A stretch of 44,426 nucleotides of DNA, filler included, from Moniliella sp. 'wahieum' (Eukaryota), in assembly GCA_003971905.1 (NCBI GenBank). It is 3 parts of 3 records of this genome, joined end to end, with 100 filler letters (N's around TTAATTAATTAA, not from the genome) between each part and the next. Parts side by side here need not be neighbours in the genome. Positions count along the whole stretch, not along the records: positions 12,305 to 30,413 come from RSEE01000220.1; 2 more parts are not named here. The stretch is one strand, 5' to 3'. Below the pieces are notes generated by a model that was not told where the DNA came from, searched no databases, and saw only the letters and a program-made list of their open reading frames with translations. Both the position numbers and the translations under genes were made by a program. This document shows, in pieces, positions 12,205 to 22,500 of this stretch (positions within the stretch are counted from its first letter, which is position 1; each line of letters begins with the position of its first letter).

Positions 12205-12304
12205 NNNNNNNNNNNNNNNNNNNNNNNNNNNNNNNNNNNNNNNNNNNNTTAATTAATTAANNNNNNNNNNNNNNNNNNNNNNNNNNNNNNNNNNNNNNNN
12301 NNNN
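12205..12304. other. Artificial contig-joining spacer
   Basis: N44-TTAATTAATTAA-N44, with stops in all six frames; identical to the spacer at 30414-30513. Confidence 0.97.
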
Positions 12305-12316
12305 CTAACCCTAACC
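12305..12316 (-). repeat. Telomeric repeat (CCCTAA/TTAGGG) at contig start
   Basis: CTAACCCTAACC forms the first bases of the contig; only about two units are retained. Confidence 0.75.
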
Positions 12317-12859
12317 TCGCTAGGAAATCGTCCGCTCTATGCAGCATATGGCCTCCGTTTTCGATTGGACCACCCGTTCAAAAGTTACACCCCCATCCCT
12401 AACCCTACCCACCCCGACCCACAACACCACCTCCGATGGCCTCGACGATAGCTCGCTAGGAAATCGTCCGCTCTATGCAGCATATGGCCTCCGTTTTCGA
12501 TTGGACCACCCGTTCAAAAGTTACACCCCCCATCCCTAACCCTACCCACCCGACCCACAACACCCACCCTCCGATGGCCTCGACGATAGCTCGCTAGGAA
12601 ATCGTCCGCTCTATGCAGCATATGCCCTCCGTTTTTCGATTGGACCACCCGTTCAAAAGTTACACCCCCCATCCCTAACCCTACCCACCCGACCCACCCC
12701 ACCCACCTCCGATGGCCTCGACGATAGCTCGCTAGGAAATCGTCCGCTCTATGCAGCATATGCCCTCCGTTTTTCGATTGGACGCACCGTTGAGAAGTTA
12801 CACCCACCCATCCCTAACCTACCCACCCCGACCCACAACACCCACCCTCCGATGGCCTC
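12317..12859. repeat. Subtelomeric satellite, ~136-138-bp unit, 4 copies
   Basis: Units start GATAGCTCGCTAGGAAATCGTCCG at (12311, truncated), 12447, 12585 and 12723. Each contains CCCTAACC(C)TACCC. Confidence 0.95.
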
Positions 12860-13170
12860 AGGACCGAGTACTACATCAAGGTTGGGCTACCCCCCAAAGG
12901 ACACGAATCTGGTGTCTGCCAGCTAGATCAGGAGGCGTGCTGAAAAAAAATATTTTTGCGTTGGGTGGTGGTGGTAGGTGGTGGGGACGGCCTTCCGGGT
13001 GGTGGTGGCGGCGGCGGGCGGGGCGGCGGCGGCGTTGCTATTTAATTAATGCTGGTCACCGTTGGGCAGTCACTGGTCAGGCCGGCGGGACGGAGCGTCG
13101 TCACGACAGGCTCGTCAGCGGTCAGCCAGTCACCGGCCGGGGCTTGTCGTACCGCGGGCCATCTCAGACC

Positions 13171-13284
13171 TTGTACGATTCTCACCAACCGGGCTCGCGA
13201 TTCTTCACCTAGTCGTTTTTCTAACAAGGTGGTGGCCGATTTCAAATTGAAAATCACCAATTGATGCTGACAACATATGTCTAG
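13171..13284 (+). repeat. ~114-bp module terminus, copy 1, ending in ATATGTCTAG
   Basis: TTGTACGATTCTCACCAACCGGGCTCGCG...CAACATATGTCTAG is near-identical to 15109-15221 and 17574-17687, and similarity stops abruptly after CTAG. Confidence 0.9.
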
Positions 13285-14129
13285 TGTCATGTGCACTCAA
13301 TGATCGCTTGATGTTACGGTGGAACAGCAGTTGATTGTGTGCCAAACACCACGTTGGTAGCAGTGCATACATCCGTCAGAGTCGCCCACGGTCTGCCATA
13401 ACACATGTCGGTTCGATGCTGGTACACATCTGAACAGTGCGCTACACACCGTTGCAACATGCTGGTACGTTGAACATCTTGCCAAGTCGGTCATACTTGC
13501 TTGCAAACATCATTACGATTCGCTGTTACACCGTGGAGAAGAGCTGTCAAACGTCATATGATTGCCAGCGCAAACTTGTCTAATGTTCGTTGGATGGTGC
13601 ATCGAAACATGTACGCACGTCGATTTGATGGTCCTAGTTCGCATGCCTCAACAATGTACATTTGCTTCTCAAACGTACTGCAGATCTGTCGTCAAAACCC
13701 AAGTGGGTGGCAGTTCAAACATCTCCAACGTTGGTCCTACGGTGCTTGGAAACACGAGCAGAAGTTGCTGGTATACACCCAGTTCGCATGTCCGAACAAT
13801 GTACATTTGCTCCTCAAACAGCGTCCGCAATTGCATTAAAGATGGCATTGATACCGTCCGAAAGTCATGCTGTTGTTTCGTTGGAACACCGTTGATACTT
13901 GCTCTGGTACGCCGTTGATCATCTATGCAAGTGCATGCCATGAAGCGCTTGACAAAGTGGGACAGTCGTTGTTAGGTTGGCCTCAAAGACCCACGACGGT
14001 CGTCGTCATTGTACACTTCAACATCTATGACAGGTGCTCGGATGCTTCTGTGGTGCATGTACTAGAGGGCATGGAGAGCTAGGCTGGATGATGGTATGCA
14101 TTGCTATGTTCCTATACATGCTTGGTGTT

Positions 14130-15221
14130 GAAGACAGGGAGCAGAGGCGTGGAGATGGCGAGCACAGGCTTGGGGATGGCGAGCACAGGCTTGGTAACGA
14201 GGAGCAGGCTTGGGGATGACGAGTGCAGGCTTGGAGACGGTGGGCAGAAGGCAAGACAGAGTCGACACAAGCGTTGGAGCATGGCCGTAACGAGGGCCGA
14301 GGTGGGCGACACAACCGTGGCAATGCGTGGCCAAGAGCGACGTGGTGAGAGGGGCAAGAGTCTGGAGAAAGAGCGGGTCAGAATGAGGCAAGGTGGAATG
14401 AAATGGCATGGAGCGGCATGGGGAGCTGCACGGTCTGCTTGGACACGGGCGAGGCAAAGTGGGAGAGGGCCGAGACGAGGATCAAGATGGGCAAGCCGAA
14501 CACCCAGAAGGCCAACTCAAGCGCGGTGGTGCTGGCGGCAGGCGAGCCAGTGACGACGGACGGCCAGGGCGCCATCGTGAGGCCAGCGGCATGCACAACG
14601 CCATGCACCATCCCTTGCACCATTCCCTGCTTTCGCTTGACCGACCCGACGGTGGCGATGGTCGAATGAATGGCGGTGGTGGCCGAGTCAACGGTGGGGA
14701 TGGCCGAGTCAGAGGCGGGGATGGCCTGGGCGTGCGTGGTGGGAGGTGGGAGCGCGGCGCTGGGGCGGGTGGGGAGGCAGGTGGACGTGAGAAAGCCGGC
14801 CAGGGACGGTGGGAGGTGGCTGCAGAGACACAGAAGCTGGACAGACGGCACAGAAGTGTGTGGGTCAGCGGAGGCCTGGGGGGTGGCAGATGAGGCGCGG
14901 GAGGCGTGAAGTGGAAGATTGGAAGCTCAGAACGAGGGGTTTAAACGAGGCAACAGACCTTGGGGGGCGGGCAATGCCAACCGGGGTGGGGGTGGTGGTG
15001 GTAAGAAACCCAGATCAATCGCCAGGCCACTGCATTCAACCGCCGCTGGCTAACCCTACTATTTTGAATTGCACCGATGCATGCGCGGCCGGCGCGGTCA
15101 GACAGAGCTTGTACGATTCTCACCAACCGGGCTCGCGATTCTTCACCTAGTGGTTTTTGGAACAAGGTGGGGGCCGATTTCAAATTAAAATCACCAATTG
15201 ATGCTGACAACATATGTCTAG
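14130..15221 (+). repeat. ~1.1-kb repeated module A (21-bp subrepeats, GC-rich body, terminus ATATGTCTAG)
   Basis: Direct repeat of 16400-17687. The last ~620 bp are near-identical and the 5' part is more diverged. Confidence 0.88.
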
Positions 15222-16399
15222 GGCTGCACTGTGCAGCTCACAGATCTTTGATTCGCCCAGAATTGATGGAACGCCGCGGTACCATCAACCTCGACCATCC
15301 GCTGTTTGGACCTAACCTCTGATGTTCAGATGTGGTGTGACCCCAATCCTGGTCCAATCCTGAAGCGCATTGCTGCTCCTGAAAGCCCTGCTTCCTGTGC
15401 ACGCTGTGCCTGTATGCAATCTATTGTTTGATGAAGATTGGTGATGCGTCGGCACCATCAACATAGACCATCATCCGAATCGAGCTAACATCTGATGTTG
15501 GGACGTGTTCTGACCCCGGTGCTGGCCCAATCCTGGTGCGCCTTACCTCCCCTGCAAGCGACAGATGCTGTGCATCATGAGCCGTGACCAGCTTAGACCG
15601 GAAGACAGTTGGTGGGAGCGGCAGTACCATCACCACCGACCTGCCCGTATTTGAACCTGCTATGTACGATCGCTTGAGCTGGTGGGCAGACGCGGTTGTT
15701 AGTCGGTGCAGGCCTGCCCTGGCGGAAGGCAAGGGAGAGGAGTAAGCTGCGGCGTGAGGCTCGGTTGAGGCTTTAATCGTGGCAGGCGGAGGTGTGATGT
15801 TGGTGTATGCCGCTGGTACCAAAATGACCATATCTCAGCCGTCTGTTGACCGTTCCAGCTCAAACTTGGCATGGAGTTAGCGGTAAGCAAGGATTGGTGA
15901 GGGGATGCGTCAGATCCATCACCACCCCCACCATAAGAGCGGGCGCGCATGCAGGTGTGCTAGCACCAAAACAAGCATTAATATGGACGATGCGCGTCAT
16001 TCAGGAGGGTGTATGTTGGATGAAGTGTTGGTGGTGGTGGAAGTCTTGGCGGTGGTGGGAGAGGCTGTGGGAGTGGTGGAAGGTGGCGGTGGTGGCGGCG
16101 GTGGCGGTGGTGGTGGTGGTGGTGGTGGTGTGGTGGCGGTGGCGGCGCTGGATTATTTGTTTGCGCGCGCCAACATCTGGTGGCCGCTGCCAGCGGCGCC
16201 TACAGCGTTGGTCAGCGGTAGGCGCTCACGGGTCACCCAGCCAGGCCACCCCGTGAAAGGTCGGACGGCCAGCCAGAGGAACGATTTCTACCCAAACGCC
16301 TCCACGTAGACGGCATGGGGGCTACCCAGGTACTTTTTGTTCCTCTGGCACCCAATTCAGGAGCGGAATCTTCCCACCCACTCCGCAAAATATGTCTAG

Positions 16400-17687
16400 G
16401 GCGCAGGCTTGGAGATGATGGGCAGAGGTTGGTGGCGAGTACAAGCTTGGGGATGACGAGCACAGGCTTGATGGGGAGTGCAGGCTTGGAGATGATGAGC
16501 ACAGGCTTGGTGGCGAGCACACGTGGGGAGAGAGCGCAGGCTTGGACATGGTGAGCACAAGATTGATGGCGAGCGCAAGCTTGGACGCAACAGACAGAGC
16601 ACGACGGGTACTTGCACATGGCCTACTCGAGCTTGAGCATGGCCCCGACGAGCGTTGGGATGGGGGCAATGACGAGGGAGAGCGGAAGGATGAGAGGCAG
16701 AACACTGGTGCAAGAGCGGGTCAGAATGAGGCAGGGTGGCATGGGATGGAATGGGATGGGATGCGTACCGATGCGCTCAGGTTGCACATGGCCAAGGCGG
16801 CGGTTGGGATGAGCATCCCAAGCAGGGTGACAGCAGGGGCAGCCAAGCGAGTGCACATGGGCCGGCAGAGCGTCGGACGGGGACGGCATGGCAAGCTGCA
16901 CGGTGCTGGGACGGGTGCGAGGCAAGTGGGTACACGGGCGAGACGAGCTTCCAGATGGCCAAGCCAAGCGTCCAGACGGCCCACTCAGACGCGGCAGCGG
17001 TGGCGGCAGGCGAGGCAGTGACCATGGACGGCCAGGACGCCAGACCGAGGCCAGCGGGCACGCACAACACATGCACCATCCCCTGCACCATTCCCTGCTT
17101 CCGCTTGACCGACCTGACGGTGGCGATGGTCGAATGAATGGCGGTGGTGGCCGAGTCAACGGTGGGGATGGCCGAGTCAGAGGGGGATGGCCTGGGCGTG
17201 CGTGGGAGGTGGGGAGCGCGGCGCTGGGGCGTGTGGGGAGGCAGGTGGACGTGAGAAAGCCGGCCCGGGACGGTGGGAGGTGGCTGCAGAGACACAGAAG
17301 CTGGACAGACGGCACAGAAGTGTGTGGGTCAGCGGAGGCCTGGGTGTGGCTGATGAGGCGCGGGAGGCGTGAAGTGGAAGATTGGAAGCTCAGAACGAGG
17401 GGTTAACGACGGGCAACAGACCTTGGGGGGCGGGCAATGCCAGCTGGGGTGGGGTGGTGGTGGTAAGAAACCAACCAGATCAATCGCCAGGCCACCGCAT
17501 TCAACCGCCGCTGGCTAACCCTACTATTTTGAATTGCACCGATGCATGCGCGGCCTGCGCGGTCAGACAGAGCTTGTACGATTCTCACCAACCGGGCTCG
17601 CGATTCTTCACCAAGTGGTTTTTGGAACAAGGTGGGGGCCGATTTCAAATTGAAAATCACCAATTGATGCTGACAACATATGTCTAG
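16400..17687 (+). repeat. ~1.3-kb repeated module A, second copy
   Basis: Starts immediately after the ATATGTCTAG at 16390-16399 and ends at ATATGTCTAG 17678-17687. Confidence 0.88.
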
Positions 17688-17698
17688 CCCTAACCCTA
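17688..17698 (-). repeat. Interstitial telomere remnant CCCTAACCCTA
   Basis: Directly follows a module end and precedes a second block of subtelomeric repeats; same orientation as the terminal repeat at 12305. Confidence 0.65.
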
Positions 17699-17715
17699 GA
17701 AGGGAGCCGAGGGTA

Positions 17716-18039
17716 GATAGCTCGCTACCCGAAGGGGAGAGAGTTATGCCGAGGCGATAGCTCGCTACCCGAAGGGGAGAGAGTTATGCCGAGGCGATAG
17801 CTCGCTACCCGAAGGGGAGAGAGTTATGCCGAGGCGATAGCTCGCTACCCGAAGGGGGGAGAGAGTTATGCCGAGGCGATAGCTCGCTACCCGAAGGGGA
17901 GAGAGTTATGCCGAGGCGATAGCTCGCTACCCGAAGGGGAGAGAGTTATGCCGAGGCGATAGCTCGCTACCCGAAGGGGAGAGAGTTATGCCGAGGCGAT
18001 AGCTCGCTACCCGAAGGGGGGAGAGAGTTATGCCGAGGC
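17716..18039. repeat. 40-bp minisatellite, 8 copies
   Basis: GATAGCTCGCTACCCGAAGGGGAGAGAGTTATGCCGAGGC at 17716, 17756, 17796, 17836, 17878, 17918, 17958 and 17998. Units differ only in G-run length. Confidence 0.97.
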
Positions 18040-18321
18040 GATAGCTCGCTAGGAAATCGTCCGCTCGTTGCAGCATATGGCCTCAGATTTCCCATCCGAC
18101 GCACCGTTGAGAAGTTACACCCACCCATCCCTAACCCTACCCAACCCGACCCACAACACCCACCCTCCGATGGCCTCGACGATAGCTCGCTAGGAAATCG
18201 TCCGCTCGTTGCAGCATATGGCCTCAGATTTCCCATCCGACGCACCGTTGAGAAGTTACACCCACCCATCCCTAACCCTACCCAACCCGACCCACAACAC
18301 CCACCCTCCGATGGCCTCGAC
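18040..18321. repeat. 141-bp satellite, 2 copies, same family as 12317-12859
   Basis: Units start GATAGCTCGCTAGGAAATCGTCCG at 18040 and 18181. Confidence 0.95.
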
Positions 18322-18471
18322 GGGTGGTCACGGGTGCGCCGGGGGTCGTGACGGCACGGCCAAAAATACCCTGGAATACATCAGGTGGGATCCCTGTGAT
18401 ACATCTAGATGTATATGAGGGATCTCGTCACATCCAGCCAGTCCCGTGACATCCCTCGGGAATTGGGAATA

Positions 18472-18800
18472 TGTCTAGTCTCTCGCCCGGTCGTACTGAT
18501 CACCGCAGCAGGTCTCCAAGGTGAAGAGCCTCTAGTTGAAACGAGAACGTAGGTAAGGGAAGTCGGCAAATTTGATCCGTAACTTTGGGAGAAGGATTGG
18601 CTCCAAGGCTTGGGTGCTGGCCGGGGCGTGCGGGTGGGCGGCCTAGGCTGCCGGGGGCGCAAGCTCCTGGCGGCTGGGCGGCGCGCTGCGGCGCGGTCCG
18701 AAAGGTGCGCTGAACAAGCGACTTGGAACTGGTACGGAGCGGGGAATCTGACTGTCTAATTAAAACATAGCATTGCGATGGCCATAACGTGGTGTTGACG

Positions 18801-18834
<34 letters not shown>

Positions 18835-18867
18835 AGTGAAGAGATTCAACCAAGCGCGGGTAAACGG

Positions 18868-18911
<44 letters not shown>

Positions 18912-18963
18912 TTAATTCGTGACGCGCATGAATGGATTAACGAGACTCCCACTGTCCCTATCT
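18472..18963 (+). pseudogene. Near-identical internal LSU rRNA fragment (equals 357-849)
   Basis: Runs from TGTCTAGTCTCTCGCCC to CCCACTGTCCCTATCT and differs from 357-849 only by a few indels or substitutions. Both ends are truncated. Confidence 0.96.
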
Positions 18964-19110
18964 GGTTAAGGTCTGTCGCCGCTCGGATTGAACGAACATA
19001 ATCGGTTCTTCTGCTTCCCTCCCCTCTCTCTTCGGAGAGAGGGGGCCTTTGCCCCCCTGAAAGCCAACCCTACCGAATCATACGACAAGGAGCAAAGAAA
19101 GAAGAGTGGA
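18964..19110 (+). pseudogene. Diverged LSU 3' end / 3'ETS paralogue with UUCG hairpin
   Basis: Colinear with 1805-1970 (TCGG..TCTG.TTCCC, hairpin, CCAACCCTACC, purine-rich tract). The hairpin CCCCTCTCTC-TTCG-GAGAGAGGGG is at 19021-19044. Confidence 0.7.
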
Positions 19111-19422
19111 ACAGGAAGCGAATTTCCCGTGTGGTATCCCCTCCCCATTTCCCTTGTTGCTTCTTTGTTACCGATCCCCCCTATAAGAAGGTTCCTATTG
19201 GTGGATATACTGACCCACTTCCGACTTGTGCGTATACTGACCCCTCAGATGCTGACTTGTGTGAGTATACTGTTAAGGAAAGCCACCCGGACAGTGTCTT
19301 CCGGCCACATGCACCGGAGAGTAGTGTTCGATTACCCCTGTATCCCCCGCAAGGGACTGCTCTCCCCATCCCGCCACATCCCAATGCATGTCCCCATATC
19401 CCCTTTCTCTACTACTACCACC

Positions 19423-19557
19423 ATCCGCCGCCATAGAACTGTCAACACACCACATCCCGTCCGATCTGCGGAGGTCACCACAGCATCACCCACTCAGTAT
19501 ATACCGCGAGGGAAGATGAGGCCCACGTGGGTATCCTCAATCCTCAACACCGCCATT
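19423..19557 (+). pseudogene. 5S rRNA pseudogene
   Basis: ATCCGCCGCCATAGAACTGT...CATCCCGTCCGATCTGCG matches the 5S at 2409. The 3' half has insertions and the terminal helix is disrupted. Confidence 0.9.
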
Positions 19558-22500
19558 CTTTCTGCACCCTCCTCGTCTCCATCTTAGTCCAGGTGCCTCT
19601 CGTTATACCCACACACAGTCCCTTCCAGAGCTCCCATGCGTACTAAGCGACGCCGGCCCCAACGCCCACCAGTGAGCAGCGATACACCCATATAGTAGTA
19701 CCCCCCATGCACCCTCGCCCCTGCCCAACGACCGACCCTCCCAATCCCGCCCTCAATCTTTGACCAGTGGCACGCCTATCCACTGTCTTCTCTCCATACT
19801 AATATCACTTGGATGCAGCACCCGATATTGGAGCTGTGCTGCTCTCTTAGACGTTAAATAGTGTGGCTGTCGACCCATTCCCAACCTAGTGCCGTATAAG
19901 CCCGTGCACTTGCACCGGTAGGGTTGGCATCACTATCGGTTTGGCCTGCAGCCGCCTGCTTTCTTTGCACTTCCACCGCCACCACCACATATGCCAAGGC
20001 ATTGTTCCGGCCAGCACTTTCAGCAGGTCTGTTGGCGCCATGCCTGCTAACTTTGGCAGTGTGCTCAATGTGGGGCCTTTCGAGGGATAGTGACGCTCGG
20101 GGTCGATTCGCCGAAGCCAGTACTCAATCCCGGTCTCTCGAAACAAGCGGGGCGGAGGGGTGCCCACGAAGATGTTCATTTGCATAAGGGCTGCTGAGCC
20201 CCTCCATCTTCCTCGCTACTTCGTTCAAAGTGGGATCATTCTTTGTCTCACCTCGGTTCGAAGCATCGAGACCAGTCTGTATTCCGTTCTCAGCCCCCCC
20301 TGCACACGTCCAAAAAGGCATGCCGAACGCCAACTTGTAGGCTGCATGCACGCAGTGCTTGCAGTATGTCCCTACATTTGCTTTTTTGCTCATCATTGAC
20401 CTTCACATGTCACAATGTGCACCCCACTAGCTAGACCGAATAGCTTCCACTCTAATGGGGTGGGAAGACAAGGGACCGCGCTGCAACTTGCGTTTACTTC
20501 AAAACTTGTGGGGAAGAGGAACGTGGCATGGTCATTCGGCAACCATCCCCACTTGACCATGCAGGTTATCCCCTATACTGTGCATTTCCCCAGTCGATTG
20601 ATAGACAAACGGATGGACAATGTGTACCCCCTGCGCCTTGCTAGCACAGCGCCTGGTCCTCTTTGTTTCCTTTGTCACTTCCGAAGGCCCATCATTCTCC
20701 GTACATGTTTTTCAACGTGGCCAGGGGCTACGTGCTAGTCTGGATGCTCTTCAGGGGCATGCACATTTTGGCTCCTATCTTCAAACGCCGGCGAACGGAA
20801 TGTTCGATGTTCGTTGCTTCATCATTGCTGCCTGCTCGCCATTCGCCTACTTTCACCCCGACCCTCGAAGAAGCCGCGCCCTCGAAAGTGGATTGACTGT
20901 CTTTCGCTGGAACAGCGCGGCACAGCATTCGAGCACACGGTTCGAGCACAACATTCGAGCACAACGTTCGACGCGCCTCTCAGTGCTTCATCCCCTGCCG
21001 CCCAGGCGATCGTTTCTAACAGCATACCCAGCAAGGCACGCACCTCTCTCACCCGTCCACCTCATGTCACCGCCACGGCAAACCTCTGACACGTGTGCAA
21101 GCGTAAAACGTGCCTTTCCCAATTCGACCGCTTCTATTCAAAGCGAGATATGCGAGTCGGAATGCAAAGACGTCAACGCCGCCCACACAGGGGGTACCGG
21201 CAACTGGGTTATGCGTGTAGAGTCAGTGTGGGCGGCAATAGGAATTACCCACTCCCCTTCGATGGTCAGAGGATGTGTAATTCATGCCTCTTAAAACCAG
21301 CAGCGCCCCAACCAAAAGCAGCATAGCCTGTGAGAACGGCTACGCCCTTTGGCCAAGGACGACGCGCCCCAACCTGACCTCACTCCCTGTCGATGCGCTC
21401 GACAGCCCACCGCATTAGTCTTCAGTTGTCTAGCCAAGACTGGTTGTGCTTGCCCCCTCCCCACCCCCAAGGGTTAGCATTTGCCACAAACCGGCTGGGT
21501 GGTAACTCTCGTGCCCGACACGAGTGGTCCAATTTCATCTCAACTGCGCTTCCGAACCCCGTGAGCTCGTCGTGCCAGTATTCCTGTACGCTCAGAGCGA
21601 AGTCCTTTCACATGTCGGACGGACTGGGGAGCATTCATGGGATGGACATGATCTTTGCCTTACCTAGCAACGCGGGTGCCAACAATGACGCCATCGCGGG
21701 GTTGGACGGTAGCCGGCCCAGATGGCCAGCTGAACCGAATGCCCGCCAAGACGTGGGCTGGACGGGGTGCAGCGTCTTCTCGTTGTCTGCTGACCTCTGA
21801 TGACCTTGCTTGTAGGGCGTATCCACTTGGTGCTTGAGTCTGGCTTGCGCCTCGAGTGATGGCACTAAATGATAGCCTGCACGCTTCTTTGTACGTCCCT
21901 CCTCCCAAGCACCCGTCGGTCGGCGCGTAATGCATGAGAATCACACGCCACAAGGTTACTTCTCGTGACCCACGCCAAGGGCCCAGGGGGAGAGTTGATG
22001 GTGTTTAGTCGAATGTCCATCGAGTGTCTACGAAGGCGGGATGGGGGACACCGGGCGAGAGGAGGAGCTGCTGGCGGTGGCAGAGACGGGCTGCGAGTTG
22101 AGTGTTGCGTCGGTCTTGGCCGCGCGGCTGCGCAGGCGATCATCGATCAGTCGATCATGTCGATCATCGATCATGCCAATCACTGCAATATTGAAACAAC
22201 ACTGCGGCTGGCTGGCCGCTGGCAGTCGATGATCGCTCAGACTCAGACCCCCTCAGCCCTCCCCTGCACTGCTTCATCCCTCGCCACCTCCTCCCGCTCT
22301 GTCGCCTCTAACTGTCTTGCGCGTTGCATGGGCTTGGGGTGCAGCCGCATCCGCTCGGACCGCCGTGATGCGCAGGCACGCGACGGGTGGGAGCGCGCGT
22401 TTCAGGGCAAACGCACCCACGCTACGCCAGACCCAGACCGCCGCTAGGCTGCAACCGGGCCGTTGAAGCAGCTAAACTGCAGTCCCGATCCAACTCAATT

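Noticed and set aside
12249..12260. TTAATTAATTAA palindrome (also 30458-30469) as a biological site
   Set aside because: It is centred in identical N-padded 100-bp blocks, so it is an assembly linker. Order across it is uninformative.
15846..16309. Poly-Gly/Val/Trp ORFs
   Set aside because: They are products of a (GGT/GGC)n microsatellite.
17350..17374. CTGATGAG...GAAG as a hammerhead ribozyme (would suggest a Penelope-like element)
   Set aside because: It lacks the GAAA core and convincing stems I and III, and the sister copy near 14887 reads CAGATGAG.
17716..18039. CRISPR-like appearance of the 40-bp repeats
   Set aside because: The units are contiguous with no unique spacers, the context is eukaryotic and there are no cas genes.
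13275..18478. Calling the CTAG-ending modules Helitrons
   Set aside because: Only two of five ends are followed by T, there is no consistent GC-rich subterminal hairpin and no RepHel remnant is visible. Kept only as an alternative.
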